Source: Eledone cirrhosa
Taxonomy: Eukaryota
Direction of reading: 5' to 3'
DNA: 64,000 nt
Assembly (NCBI GenBank): GCA_964016885.1
Contig: OZ024741.1
Span: forward strand, 361,894,001-361,958,000
The stretch's first letter is position 1, and every line of letters begins with the position of its first letter. The translations under genes and the position numbers were made by a program. Under the pieces are notes generated by a model, which saw only the letters and a program-made list of their open reading frames with translations, did not search any database and had not been told where the DNA came from. Shown here piece by piece: positions 1-12,382 of this stretch.

Positions 1-568
1 GAGACTGAGCATAAGAGGAATCAAATGCTGTGTGCAGGAGAGGTGGTTGCGTTGGTATGGACATGTGATGCATATGAAGGATGACAGCTGCATAAAAAGG
101 TGCAAAGCACTAGAAGTCAATGGAAACCGTGCAGTGGGGAGACCCAAGATGACCTGGGATGAGGTGATAAAAGCCGACCTTACCCAATTACACCTCTCAA
201 AGGCAATGACACACGACCGTGACCTCTGGCATCACGCAGTAATACAGAGTACCCGACCTCCCATGGGTACAAGCTGAAGCATATAGACAATATGCCCCCA
301 CACCCCCCACCGCAAGGTGGTCGTGGAGGTGCCACGGCAAAAAAGCACCCAGCCACACTGTAAAGTGGACGTGTAGGCGCCACAAAAAAGCACCCAGCAC
401 TCACTGTAAATGAGGTTGGTGTTAGGAAGGGTACCCAGCTGTAGAAATCAAGCCAAATCAGTTCCTGTATGAGCAAGGCAGACCAGACACTGCCCACAAC
501 AGGACAACCCATCTAACCCATGCTAGCGTGGAAGAACGGACGTAAAACGGTGATGATGATGATGATGA
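1..568 (+). mobile_element. 3' end of RTE-clade LINE (family A): ORF C-terminus, 3' UTR and (GAT)n tail
   Basis: ORF 32..277 (RLRWYGHV..GRPKMTWDEVIK) is nearly identical to 51903-52478; ends in (GAT)n running into (TA)n. Confidence 0.95.
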
Positions 569-671
569 TATATATAAATATATATATATAAATATATATA
601 TATAAATATATATATATAAATATATATATATAAATATATATATATAAATATATATATATAAATATATATAT

Positions 672-1231
672 AATCAAGGTTTAGCAAATAAGAAAAAGTT
701 TCAAAATAAATTTTAAAAAATTAACTTTACTCACTATGGTTACCTTTACCGAATCGGTTTCGAGTCTCAAAAATAAATGGACAGTCCTTACGGCATCCAT
801 TGCAAACATAAACTCTCGTCAGAAGGATCTTTTCACTCGGAGAATATAAAATTCCTGAGTTAAAATTACGAACTGGCGCTATTCAAAATTGTTCCCGAGA
901 TGAGAATAAATGAAGTGGAAGCAATTCCTTCAAGTGCCGTGTGTAAAGATAGAAGCAAAGGCAGGGAGGTCAGTCTACTACCACTGTAACTAGCAGCAGT
1001 CCGAACGACCAAATTTTTTTCTCGACCAAGAGGAGAATAATAATAAAGTATATATCCCTACACGCACAAAGCGCTTAGGGACACATGTATTGTCCAACCA
1101 TATGCCAATGTGGTTCAATGGCAGGTTAATAAATTAACGAGCCAGAACATATATAATCAAGGTTTAGCAAATAAGAAAAAGTTTCAAAATAAATTTTTTT
1201 AAATTAACTTTACTCACTATGGTTACCTTTA

Positions 1232-1233
<2 letters not shown>
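672..1233 (-). mobile_element. Non-coding hammerhead-bearing unit (retrozyme / Penelope pLTR-like), 483-bp period with 79-bp terminal redundancy
   Basis: 672-750 is repeated at 1155-1233; flanked by (TA)n on both sides; contains the HHR at 743-826. Confidence 0.75.
743..826 (-). ncRNA. Type I hammerhead ribozyme
   Basis: Minus strand: cctt-CTGACGA-gagt...actc-GAAA-ccgattcgg-TA-aagg; stems I, II and III pair; GUA cleavage triplet. Confidence 0.85.
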
Positions 1234-1269
<36 letters not shown>

Positions 1270-1283
1270 TTCACCATACCGAG

Positions 1284-1329
<46 letters not shown>

Positions 1330-1333
<4 letters not shown>

Positions 1334-2120
1334 ATTATGAAGAGAGAAGAAACATTAGATATAATTAGTAATAAGATGTATCATACCTAAACTGCTTCTA
1401 AATTCCTCGACTACGTAGTTTCGTGGCATAATCAAAAACAATACATCACAGAGATATATAATTTTTGTGAGGTCTGCCGACTTATCAAGTGTGTCCGCAT
1501 GTATCTGTGTGTTTCTCTATATATTGTTTATAACTCCCTTTGGTCGAGTAACCCTTGAAGTGTAGTGACTGCTGGAAAGCTGCCATTACTCATACTTCTT
1601 GCCTCCTTAACCACCTCTTCTACGGCCTCGATATAAATACCCCCTCCGCCTCCGTGGTATTTTTTTCAGGGTTATAAGAGGCTTAGCTCTGTTTCATGAC
1701 CGCTGTATCACGTGATTGACTCCCCCTCCGCCTTTTGGGATTCTATCTCGCATCTTACAGACGTGTTTATGAAATCCTTAATGAGGTATCCTCTTGATAA
1801 GTCGGCAGACCTCACAAAAGCTCTATATCTCTATGATGTATTGTTTTTGATTATGCCACGAAACTACGTAGTCGAGGAATTTAGAAGCAGTTTAGGTATG
1901 ATACATCTTATTACTAATTATATCTAAATGTTTCTTCTCTCTTAATAATGTACTTTATAGCTCTGATACTGGTTCAGTCTAATCCATTCGGATTGGTTTG
2001 TCCCAGTTATTCATAGAGCAACATCGGTTAAGGTTGGCACCATTAACTCAAGGATGGATGTGGATATATTCATGTATATGTGTGTGTCTGCATGTATCTG
2101 TGTGTTTCTCTATATATTGT
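1330..2120 (+). mobile_element. Second HHR-bearing non-coding unit (593-bp period) with a 5' inverted duplication
   Basis: 1491-1527 is repeated at 2084-2120; 1330-1489 is the reverse complement of 1793-1953; TATAAATA at ~1632; flanked by (TA)n. Confidence 0.75.
1789..1878 (+). ncRNA. Type I hammerhead ribozyme, U3-A8 core variant
   Basis: tcctc-TTGATAA-gtcggca...tgccac-GAAA-ctacgtag-TC-gagga; 5-bp stem I, palindromic stem III (ACTACGTAGT), GUC site. Confidence 0.8.
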
Positions 2121-2297
2121 ATATATATATATATTATATATATATATATATATATAATATATATATATAATATATATACATTCAAGTAAAAAAATTTTCT
2201 TCACTCTACATGGCTGAATACAATAATTTTTTTAATTTATTTGAATGTGGCAAAGCCAGCCATTTATCGCTCGTATACAGGAAACTGACTGGCCAGT

Positions 2298-2390
2298 CTG
2301 CTGATATGCAAATCTGGCCGATCAGTGGATCTGCTAATATGCAGATCTGACTGATCAGCTAGTTCGCTAATATGCAAATCATGCCGATCA
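2298..2390 (+). promoter_or_regulatory. 33-bp triplication carrying octamer motifs
   Basis: ATGCAAAT 2306-2313, ATGCAGAT 2339-2346, ATGCAAAT 2372-2379 at exact 33-bp spacing. Confidence 0.5.
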
Positions 2391-2438
2391 GACACTGTAT
2401 ATTTTAGAAAATAGCATATATTTTCACTAGCTCTGACA

Positions 2439-2520
2439 GTTGGCAGGTGAACAGTGAACTGTACTGATGAAGGGTAATACCCAGAAACATTAGTGTCTGC
2501 AGCTCTGTTTACATGCCAAC
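2439..2520 (+). ncRNA. Type I hammerhead ribozyme with long bulged stem I
   Basis: gttggcaggtgaacag-tgaa-ctgta-CTGATGA-agggtaataccca-GAAA-cattagtg-TC-tgcag-ct-ctgtttacatgccaac; distal stem I arms are complementary. Confidence 0.85.
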
Positions 2521-2687
2521 ACAAAAGCAAGAATGAAGGGTTCATTCTACTGACATGGCTTTAAAAATGAAGCTTGTTTGCATAATTGCAAACGAATTGA
2601 ATGTTATTAATATTTGAAAAACTCAGATTACATTTATTATATATACCATATACTGTACCGATTGTGTTGTTATTTCTGTTTACCTTT

Positions 2688-2738
<51 letters not shown>

Positions 2739-3257
2739 GATGTAGAGAATTGAACATGAGTTCTAGCAATTATATTGGTACATATATACGCAAACACAGT
2801 CATATGCACACACACACACCCACACCCACATAAACACACACATATATATATGTATACATATTAAATTGTTCTAAAGAATTTTGCTCGATTAAATTTGTAT
2901 CCCCCAGCTGGTGCAAGACAGACCACACCCAATAGTCATAATTCAGTTAGCAGCAGCAGCTGTTTCTAGATTGATTTCATTCTGACTACAAACATCAACA
3001 TTTTCTAACATGGATTAAGACTTTTTTCAATATTTTAGAATGAAACCTTAACCTTTTTGATACCAACCCAGCCAAAATGGACTCTGGTTCTATGAAACAA
3101 AACCATCCATTTTAAAAGGTTATCATTTAAATTGAAAACTTCCAACACAATTTGATATAAGAAACATATTTTAGTAATGAAATAATTAATAATTTTAGTG
3201 AATCCCTCTAAATTCTTCATTACTTAATTCAAACACAGAGTATTTCATTACAAATGT

Positions 3258-3565
3258 AATAATTGTTTCTACTTTTGGCACAAGGCCAGCAATTATCCCA
3301 GTGTATTACTGGTACTTTATTTTATCGACTCCGTAAGGATGAAAGGCTAATGGTTTCTTATATAGGCATAAAGACAGCAATTTTGGGGGAGGGTAAAGCC
3401 AATTAAATTGACCCCAGTGTGTGACTGGTACTTTATTTTATCGACCCCGTAAGGATGAAAGGCAAAGTTAACCTCGGCGAGATTTGAACTCAGATCATAA
3501 AGGGACGTAACTCTATGCTTCAAAGCATGTTGTCCGACTCTCTACCGATACTGCCAATCCACCGA
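3258..3565 (-). mobile_element. tRNA-derived SINE (Meta-domain-like family): one partial and one near-full copy
   Basis: Reverse complement of the family at 55181-55407 (gcctttcatccttacggggtcgataaa core, B box). Confidence 0.8.
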
Positions 3566-5219
3566 ATGAAAGGATCAATGCCTTGAATTCTTTATACAGG
3601 TGGTGAATTAGCAGAGTTGTTAGAGTTTTAAGGCATTTGTTCCAACACCCTGTGCTCTGATGAAAAAAAAAAAAAATCGAATCAATTCATTTTTACATTG
3701 GAATCAGTGGATGGTAGATTCTATATGTAGACTGGTTTAACACAATTGCAGAGTGCTTGAGTGCCTTTAATGGAGTTCACTATGTTGCAAGTATTCAAGT
3801 CAAGTTTACTTTCTTCCCTCCCTCATGTACTCATACACATCATTCTAAGAAGCTTGAAATGGTCATGGACACTGACATACCTTCCCTCACTAAACAATAA
3901 ACACACTCACACAGACACACACACACAGACACACACTCACAGACACACATACACACACACACTCAGACACACACACAGACACACACTCACAGACACACAA
4001 ACACACACGCATACACAGACACACACACAAAGAAAACTCACCTAACGCTTGCTATTTCATTAAGATTATTAATTAATTGAAATCAAAGATAATCAATTTG
4101 TATGGTTAGTTATTTTCAGTTTGTAAATATTGACTGAGTTTTCATCTTAATGGTAAATCATGTTGTTTCATTGCATATAACATTATTTACATAAAGTACC
4201 AGTAATACACTGGGTAATTGCTGGCCTTGTGCCTAAAGTAGAAACAATTATTTACATAGGTACACATTGAAAAAATATTCACATTATCACATTTTCATTA
4301 TTTATCATCATTTTATGTCCGCTTTCCATGCTGGCATAGGTTGGATCATTGATCATGGCCCAAGACTAAAAGAGTTAGCGAACCCCTTCTTCATGCATTC
4401 CATATTTTGGTATCGTTTCTATAGTTGGGGGCCCTTCTTAACACCAATCACTTTTCTGAAATTACTGTGCTTTTTATCATGACACAAGCTCTACCACTTT
4501 ACAGGGTGTATTGGGTGCTTTTATTGTGACATAAGCACTATCAATGTAGAATGCTAGGATTTTTTTCAACACGCTGACGCGTATGAGTGTATGTGCATAT
4601 GAATACATTTATATGTATGAGTATATAAATATAAACGTGCAAACACAGACACACTTACAAAAATACACACAAACACATACATACACACAACCACATACAC
4701 AGCATAACAAATGGAATGCCAGCCATTATTTGCTATAGTTTTTTTCACCAGCCTCTGCCTTCCCTTTACACACATACATTCACACAGGCAGCAGAGGTAA
4801 AGAGAGGGGAGTAGTATGAGCTAGTCAAACTACTCCTCTCTCTTTACGTGTTGAGACAGAATCACAGAAATTTATATATAGATTAGTGCATTTTATTATT
4901 ACATCCACAGGGCCACTTGCACCATACAAATGTGTGTATGAGTATTACCTTTGCCCATGTAAACACAATGTGAAAAACCAATATGTAATTTATCTATTGG
5001 CCCTATAAATCATCAATTCAAAACATATGGCCAGGCCAAACACATGACAACCTTCCTTGTATTTGTGTCTTGATAAAATGCATTGACTATAATCTGTAAA
5101 GTGTTTGGTGACAGAAAGGATATCCAATCATAAAAAACTATGTCTAAACCAGAATGTATGTAAGCAAGATGTGCCCCACCGCACTCCCACCTCTCTAGAG
5201 GTACAGCAACTCTGATTAA

Positions 5220-5432
5220 CCCTTTTTACATTACTCTAAATATACTATTATATTTTCACAGTAAAGGCTTTACCTTACATAATTATCTCATATAATATTG
5301 AAGCTATGAGATTTTGATATTTATTTTGAGAACAATACCTTAACATCAGTATGAGTGGCTGGTTACAGCCGGTTTGAACAGAAAGAGGTGAGAGAATTCT
5401 GGCCGGATATGGCTGGTTTAAATACTAAAGGG
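5220..5432. mobile_element. piggyBac-like MITE (family M1)
   Basis: TTAA|CCCTTT...AAAGGG|TTAA; related copies at 7743-7945, 35887-36029, 48797-48860 and 52648-52815. Confidence 0.75.
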
Positions 5433-5547
5433 TTAAGTATTGACTTGGTCTGTAACAACTTGTCCAAACCATGTTAAATGATGAAACACTTTAGAATAAG
5501 CAGTTTTATATCATACTAGGCTTTGCTCGGGAGAATAGTTAAGAGAA

Positions 5548-5773
5548 GATGGTGACGGTGATGGTAGTGATGGTGATAGTGGTGATGGTGGTTGTGGTGA
5601 TAGTGGTTACGGTGATAGTGGCTACGGTGATGGTGGTTGTGGTGATGTTGGTTGTGGTGATAGTAGTTATGACGATAGTGGTTGTGGTATTGGTGGTTAT
5701 GATGATAGTGGTTGTGGTGATGGTGGTAGTGGTTGTGGCAATGGTGGTTATGATGATAGTGATGATGATGATA
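5548..5773. repeat. Degenerate (GGT/GAT)n trinucleotide microsatellite
   Basis: Direct reading. Confidence 0.9.
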
Positions 5774-6029
5774 ATCCACTTTCACACAAATTTCTCTCAG
5801 ACAGATTTCTTAAGACAGGCAAAGTGTACAGTATTTTGTCATCTTTGTCTGCTTGAACCTCCCCATTAACACTTCCCTCACCAACACCCTCATTGAATGT
5901 CATTTAGTCTTAAGTGATAGTCATAAATAACAACAGTATGACGTAATAAAGTTGAGATAAGTATGAGCTACTTGATCATATTTACAACTTAACAATAGAC
6001 AGCAGTGTTCTCTTAGGTTAGCTTAAAAT

Positions 6030-6440
6030 CTTTTATTCTTTTACTACTTTCAGTCACTGGATTGTGGCCATGCAGAAGTAAAGTCTTGAAAAGATTTGTT
6101 TGATCATATTAATCTCAGTATTTAATTTTTGAAGCCTGCTACTAATTTTATTGATTTAGTTTTGTCAAACTGCTAAGTCAAGGGATATAAACATACACAG
6201 AGACACACATTCATACACACACACATGCACATACACACACATATGCACTTACTCACCCACACACATTCACACAAACACAGAGACACACATAGACATACAC
6301 ACATTAACACAAACACACATACACATGCATATACGACAGGTCTACACAGGTTTCATCTACGAAATTCCATTCACAAGACATTGGTTAGCTTGAGGTTCTA
6401 GTAGAAGATACTTGCTTAAAGTGACATGCAATGGGACGAA
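6030..6440 (-). mobile_element. Decayed SINE with internal (CA)n
   Basis: Similar to 8015-8160, 14655-14770 and 29975-30125 (gaagacacttgc..aagg CORE-like segment on the minus strand). Confidence 0.5.
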
Positions 6441-6495
6441 TGTTCTCTCAAAGCTGCGAGGCTGTACAGGTGCCATGCACACTAAAATGTTGTAC

Positions 6496-7650
6496 AGTAG
6501 TTATGAAATATTGTCACTCAGTAGCTATGAAATGTAGCTGCTCAGTAGCTATGAAATGTAGCTGCTCAGTAGCTATGAAATGTAGCTGCTCAGTAGCTAT
6601 GAAATGTAGCTGCTCAGTTGCTATGAAATGTAGCTGCTCAGTAGCTATGAAATGTAGCTGCTCAGTTGCTATGAAATGTAGCTGCTCAGTAGCTATGAAA
6701 TGTAGCTGCTCAGTAGTTATGAAATGTAGCTGCTCAGTAGCTATGAAATATTGTCGCTCAGTAGCTATGAAATGTAGCTGCTCAGTTGCTATGAAATGTA
6801 GCTGCTCAGTTGCTATGAAATGTAGCTGCTCAGTTGCTATGAAATGTAGCTGCTCAGTAGCTATGAAATGTAGCTGTTCAGTTGCTATGAAATGTAGCTG
6901 CTCAGTAGCTATGACATGTAGCTGCTCAGTTGCTATGAAATGTAGCTGCTCAGTAGCTATGAAATGTAGCTGCTCAGTAGCTATGAAATATTGTCACTCA
7001 GTAGCTATGAAATGTAGCTGCTCAGTTGCTGTGAAATGTAGCTGCTCAGTAGCTATGAAATGTAGCTGCTCAGTTGCTATGAAATGTAGCTGCTCAGTAG
7101 CTATGAAATGTAGCTGCTCAGTTGCTGTGAAATGTAGCTGCTCAGTAGCTATGAAATATTGTCACTCAGTAGCTATGAAATGTAGCTGCTCAGTTGCTAT
7201 GAAATGTAGCTGCTCAGTAGCTATGAAATATTGTCACTCAGTAGCTATGAAATGTAGCTGCTCAGTTGCTGTGAAATGTAGCTGCTCAGTAGCTATGAAA
7301 TGTTGCTGCTTAGTTGCTATGAAATGTAGCTGCTCAGTTGCTGTGAAATGTAGCTGCTCAGTAGCTATGAAATGTTGCTGCTTAGTTGCTATGAAATGTA
7401 GCTGCTCAGTAGCTATGAAATGTAGCTGCTCAGTAGCTATGAAATATTGTCACTCAGTAGCTATGAAATGTATCTGCTCAGTTGCTGTGAAATGTAGCTG
7501 CTCAGTAGCTATGAAATGTTGCTGCTTAGTTGCTATGAAATATAGCTGCTCAGTTGCTATGAAATGTTGCCACTCAGTAGCTATGAAATATTGCCACTCA
7601 GTAGCTATGGAATGTTGCCACTTAGTAGCTATGAAATGTAGCTGTTTATG
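6496..7650. repeat. 24-bp minisatellite (ctcagtagctatgaaatgtagctg), ~47 copies
   Basis: Tandem unit with recurring variants (tattgtcac, gttgctgtg, tgttgctgcttag). Confidence 0.97.
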
Positions 7651-9114
7651 AAGTAAAAAATTCACAAATACATAAATATATCTTCGTTTATCAATTAAAA
7701 AAAATATTTTAAATGTAAAGATTTACATTGAAATAGCAGGCTTTAACCCTTTAGCATTCACATTACTCTATATATACTATTATATTTTCATGGTAAATGC
7801 TTTATCTCACATAATATCGAATCTATGAGATTTTGAAAGTATTTATTTTGAGAACAATACCTTAACATCAGTTTGAGTGACCAGTTACAGCTAGTTTCAA
7901 CAGAAAAAGGTAGAGAATTCTGGCCAGTTTTGACCGGTTTGAACATTTTCATTTCCTTTCAGATTCATTTTAATGTTTGCTATAATAAAACTGCCAAATA
8001 TCAATATGAAATTCCTTTATTCTGGTTTCAGTCTGTGGCCATCATGGGAGACTGCCTTGAAAATATTGACTCCGGTACTTATTTTTTCAAGTCTGGTAGA
8101 TATTTTATCAAATTTGTTTTGTCAAACTACTTAGCTACAAGACATAAAAAAAAGAGAACATAAACACAGACACACATACACTGTACACACCCTACACACA
8201 TACATGTTTGTAAAGTGGTTGGTGATTGGAATGGAAACAACAAAGGGTAAAGAAGCCTCTTCAGTTCTTCAGTCTTGCTCAGTACATGACAATCTCTCTA
8301 ATGCCGGGTCAATGTAATGCTACCACTTTACTCTGTAAAGTGGTAGTGCTTGTGAAATACACCTATTACACTCCATAAAGTGTTTGGCATTAAGAAGGCA
8401 CCCAGCTGTAGAATCTATGCCATAATATAGAACATATGAGCATGACATGATGACTTATCTAATCCATGCCTGTATGAAAAGTGGCCATAAAATGATGTTG
8501 ATGATAATAATATATGACAGGCTTCCACACAGTTTCTGTCTATCAAATTTCATTCCCAATGCAAATGCCTAATCTTTCATTTCATAAAAACAACAATATC
8601 TACAAAACAGCCACAAATAAAGTTCTGGGAAACATTGCAGCCACATACACATGTTTAGTTAGTAATTATTATACAGAGGAACAAGTATACACATGTTTAT
8701 TAGAAACATGACTATTGAATTATTTAGTTGTTAACAATGTAACATGTAAAATCTATCACGCAAACAGGAATTCATGCATAGTAAATGTTCAGCTAGAGTT
8801 AACAATTTAAATAAGATGAAAAATTAGAATAATCATTAACATGTCAGACAGAAGGCTTTACATTATTCATTCCAACCAGGGCTTAATGAGAGGGATATCC
8901 AGCTGGTACTTTGTTCTGGGGCTCAAGAGCTAAGAAGGCGCCACAGCAACCATGCAACATCCATTTTCAGAAAAATCTTTGCCTGCTTCGGGCCTCAAAG
9001 GGGTCTTGTACTGTCTTGCAAAATTTCTCTTGGAGGCCCTGATTCTAGCTATCTGCATTCTGAATTAGAATCCGGTTAAGCTCAACCTTGCCTTTCATCC
9101 TTTCCAAATCCAAA

Positions 9115-9425
9115 TCCAGTGCCTTCTCACTCATGTTGGAGGAACTCCTTCCTGGTTGACCTCAACCACTTCCTATCTTTGGCTATACTGAGCCATGTGG
9201 GACCAAAGTATTGGGTTAAATTGTTGCACCATCTTGCCTTTAGTTCTTCTCCACTGCCTTGGTGTCCACTCTGTCACTCTAATAGTCCACCTGTCGTCTC
9301 TGAGATGAGAGACGTGGCTAGCCCATCTATGTTTGCCCTTCTTAATGACTCGATTATGTCCTTCACTCCAGTTATCCTCTGGAAGCCGATAAATAAAGTA
9401 CCAGTCAAGTATTGGGGTCAATTCT
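9115..9425 (-). mobile_element. Decayed RTE (BovB-like) LINE C-terminal fragment
   Basis: Translation RWASHVSHLRDDRWTIRVTEWTPR matches the RTE C-terminal WAGHV..D.RW...EW.P motif. Confidence 0.7.
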
Positions 9426-9961
9426 TCCTCTATCTCCCTCTTTTTTCTGGAGGAAACCAGTTGTGTTCAGGCTTGGAGAGGAGATGGGTCCTGACGTGTT
9501 TAAATGTGTAAGAGAGGTTGCACTTACGATTCTAGCAGGAGTTTATGAATTATGTATGCAAATACATTTAATGTAGTGAGCATCAAATATCATCATCATT
9601 GTATTCATCATTTTATGTCTGTTTTCCATGTTGGCTTGGCTTAGATGTGTTAACACTACAGGAGATTAGACAGGTCAGGAGGACCACATTTTATTCATAT
9701 TCTTAAAATAGTTTTTACAACTAAATGCCCTTTCTAATGCTAACAATTTTACAGAGTGCACTATAAATATCTAATTAGAAATACTTATGTGGTGAGGAAA
9801 AGACAACATTTTCATTAAAATGGAGCTTATGTAAGTATATTTATATATGTAACTGAAACACTGCCAGCCTTTTTTTTGACCACCTTATCATAGCTTCCCT
9901 AAGTAACCATACCCCACACCACCTTCTACACCAACCATTTCTGGAGGAATAAAACAGAAAC

Positions 9962-9965
<4 letters not shown>

Positions 9966-10053
<88 letters not shown>
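9966..10053. repeat. (GA)n microsatellite
   Basis: Direct reading. Confidence 0.98.
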
Positions 10054-10055
<2 letters not shown>

Positions 10056-10749
10056 GTTTTCTGGCAGTCAGTTAAGAAGTCTACCTACTGCCTCACTGTA
10101 ACAAGACATTTTCTCCATATAAGATGATGTCAATGTATATTAGCTGGTGTTAGGTCAATGAGCAAAGGCCTCTCTGCAGTCATTAATTTGCTAGAATTAA
10201 TAGATAAATTTCCATCAAATTCCACTGTGGTCTTCTTGGGTGGTAGACTTAATCCATCAGTCAGGTTAACACCACTGCCACCACATAGCTCTTAGGTGAC
10301 TTTAGCAGAGTCCACTCTATAGAAGATGTTTGGGCAAGGTCTCTAGTTTAAGGACAACTTCTCATTCTCCCCTCCTCCCACCAGCCACAGAGACCCTGAA
10401 AGGGTCTTAAGCACTGCCCTCACCTCCTTGACTAAAGATTTATATATTATTCAGTTTTTATATTTGCAAATGTATTTTTATACTTCATGAATTATTCGTA
10501 ATTTATTTAAAAGCTTTGGAGTTTACAAAGAAAAAAAAAAAGAATTGAGTACATCTTCAATGCAAACAAGCATGATCAAACACGAATGAAAGAGAAAGAT
10601 AGGTAATATGAATGACAGGTAAAAACGATCATGGAACATTTGTGTTTGTAAACACCACTCACCTGTACAAATGAAAACAACACTTAGTTTTCAATAAGAA
10701 AAAGCTATAAGCATGCAATGAAATATAAACAAGTCCTAACATAGATCAA

Positions 10750-10985
10750 AAGGCATTTGGCCTAGTGGTTAGGGTGGCACATTGTGTTCTTGTGAAAAAC
10801 ACTTCATTTCATGTTGCTCCAGTCCACTCAGCTGATAATGAGTACTTGCAGTAACTGGGAGTTAACCCAACAATGAACTGGCATCCTGTATTTGGGAGAG
10901 TCTTCTACTTTCAGTCATTAAACATCAAGGAAACCAGGATAAGCACCAGCCTGATAAGCCTCTGGGCCTATGACAGACTTTTTAA
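10750..10985 (+). mobile_element. tRNA-derived CORE-like SINE
   Basis: tggcctagtggttagg A box and gttcttg..aaaacacttcatttca core; homologous to 15535-15775, 38060-38340 and 61860-62110(-). Confidence 0.7.
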
Positions 10986-11994
10986 CATAGATCTAACAGG
11001 AGGAACGATATTAGCAATACTGACGAGATATCAACACACAAAGCATTGCTCCAGCATGGCCATAACTGTCAAATGCCCCCACACCTAGCATCACCTCACC
11101 CCCATCTGTAGAGTAGAATGGGCTCTTCAGTTGAGTCAGTGATAGCAACCTTTATAGTGATAGTGTCACGATAAATGCACCCAGTACACCTGGAAAATTG
11201 GTTGGTGATAGAAAGAGAACCCTGCTGTAGAAATCATCCCAAAAGGGTAAAAAAGTTTCTTACTTGTGTTAGGGCATGATAACTTCTCTATGTTGAGTAA
11301 CTACATGATAAACACACCTAGTACACTCAGTAAAGTGGTTGGTGATAGGAAGAACATTCAGCCACAGAAAACTTACCAAACCAAGAGGCAAGAAGACTCT
11401 TCAGCTATGTGCTGGCACCATGATAAAATGCACTCTGTGTAGCACAGGATTATATGTCAGGGCTCCCAGCCCACCTGATTGTCAGTGGGTCTGCTTGAGG
11501 ACTGACTGGTCTGTGACGAAATGTCCAACACTTGCACTTGCTGGCAGAGAAAAAAGGCGTTAAACAATGATGATGATCCTTATTATATTTTCATCACCTT
11601 CATTTTCATTATGTCTTAGTCCCCTATATATGTGTGTGTGTGTGTGTGCGTGTATGAGTAAAGTGGTAATGCTGGTGCTACAATAAAATGCATTTAGTAC
11701 ACTCTATAAAGTGTCTGGCATTAGAAAGGGAACCTAATCATAAAGACCATTTCCAAAATGGAAAATATTGAGTAAAATGTGGTCTCTTGACCCATCTAAG
11801 AAGACAGTAGCTCAATTGTGTTGGTTTTTAATGCTCCATCCAACCCATACCAGCATAGAAAAATAGACATAAAATGCAGGATTTTTAATAACAACCATAG
11901 GACTAAGATGTCCTGATTCAACTAGTTTTCAAACAAAATGGAACATTCTCAAAAATAGGATAAAATAACAAGGATGATACCACTACTACCACAA

Positions 11995-12382
11995 ATAATA
12001 ATTTCTAATTTAGGCACAAGGTCAGCAGTTTGTAGGGAAAGAAAAAAGTTGATTTTATTGACCACAGTACTTGAAAGAATGAAAGGCAAAGTTGACCTCA
12101 ACAAGATTTGAACTCAGAACATGAAGAGTTAAAACAAATGCTGCTTTGCATTTGTCTGACACTCTAATGACTCTGCCAATGCATTGTCCTCTCATTAAGT
12201 TAATAATTGTTTCTACTTTAAGCACAAGGCCAGCAATTACCCAGTACATTACTGGTACTTTATTTTATCGACCCCGTAAGGATGAAAGGCAAAGTCAACC
12301 TCGGCGGGATTTGAACTCAGATCGTAAAGGGACGTAACTATGCTGGAAAGCATGGCGTCTGACCCTCTACTGATGCTGCCAA
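11995..12382 (-). mobile_element. Two tandem Meta-domain-like SINE copies
   Basis: Same family as 55181-55407. Confidence 0.75.

Noticed and set aside
3657-3685. CTGATGA motif as a hammerhead
   Set aside because: Followed by poly-A with no stems; likewise the CTGAYGA matches at RT YADD codons (34183, 51221) are coding coincidences
5516-5869. His-rich / Val-rich ORFs (and poly-Leu/Thr ORFs at 26355-26853)
   Set aside because: Trinucleotide microsatellites without splice or homology support
6496-7650. CRISPR-like array
   Set aside because: Head-to-tail units with no unique spacers, no cas genes, eukaryotic context
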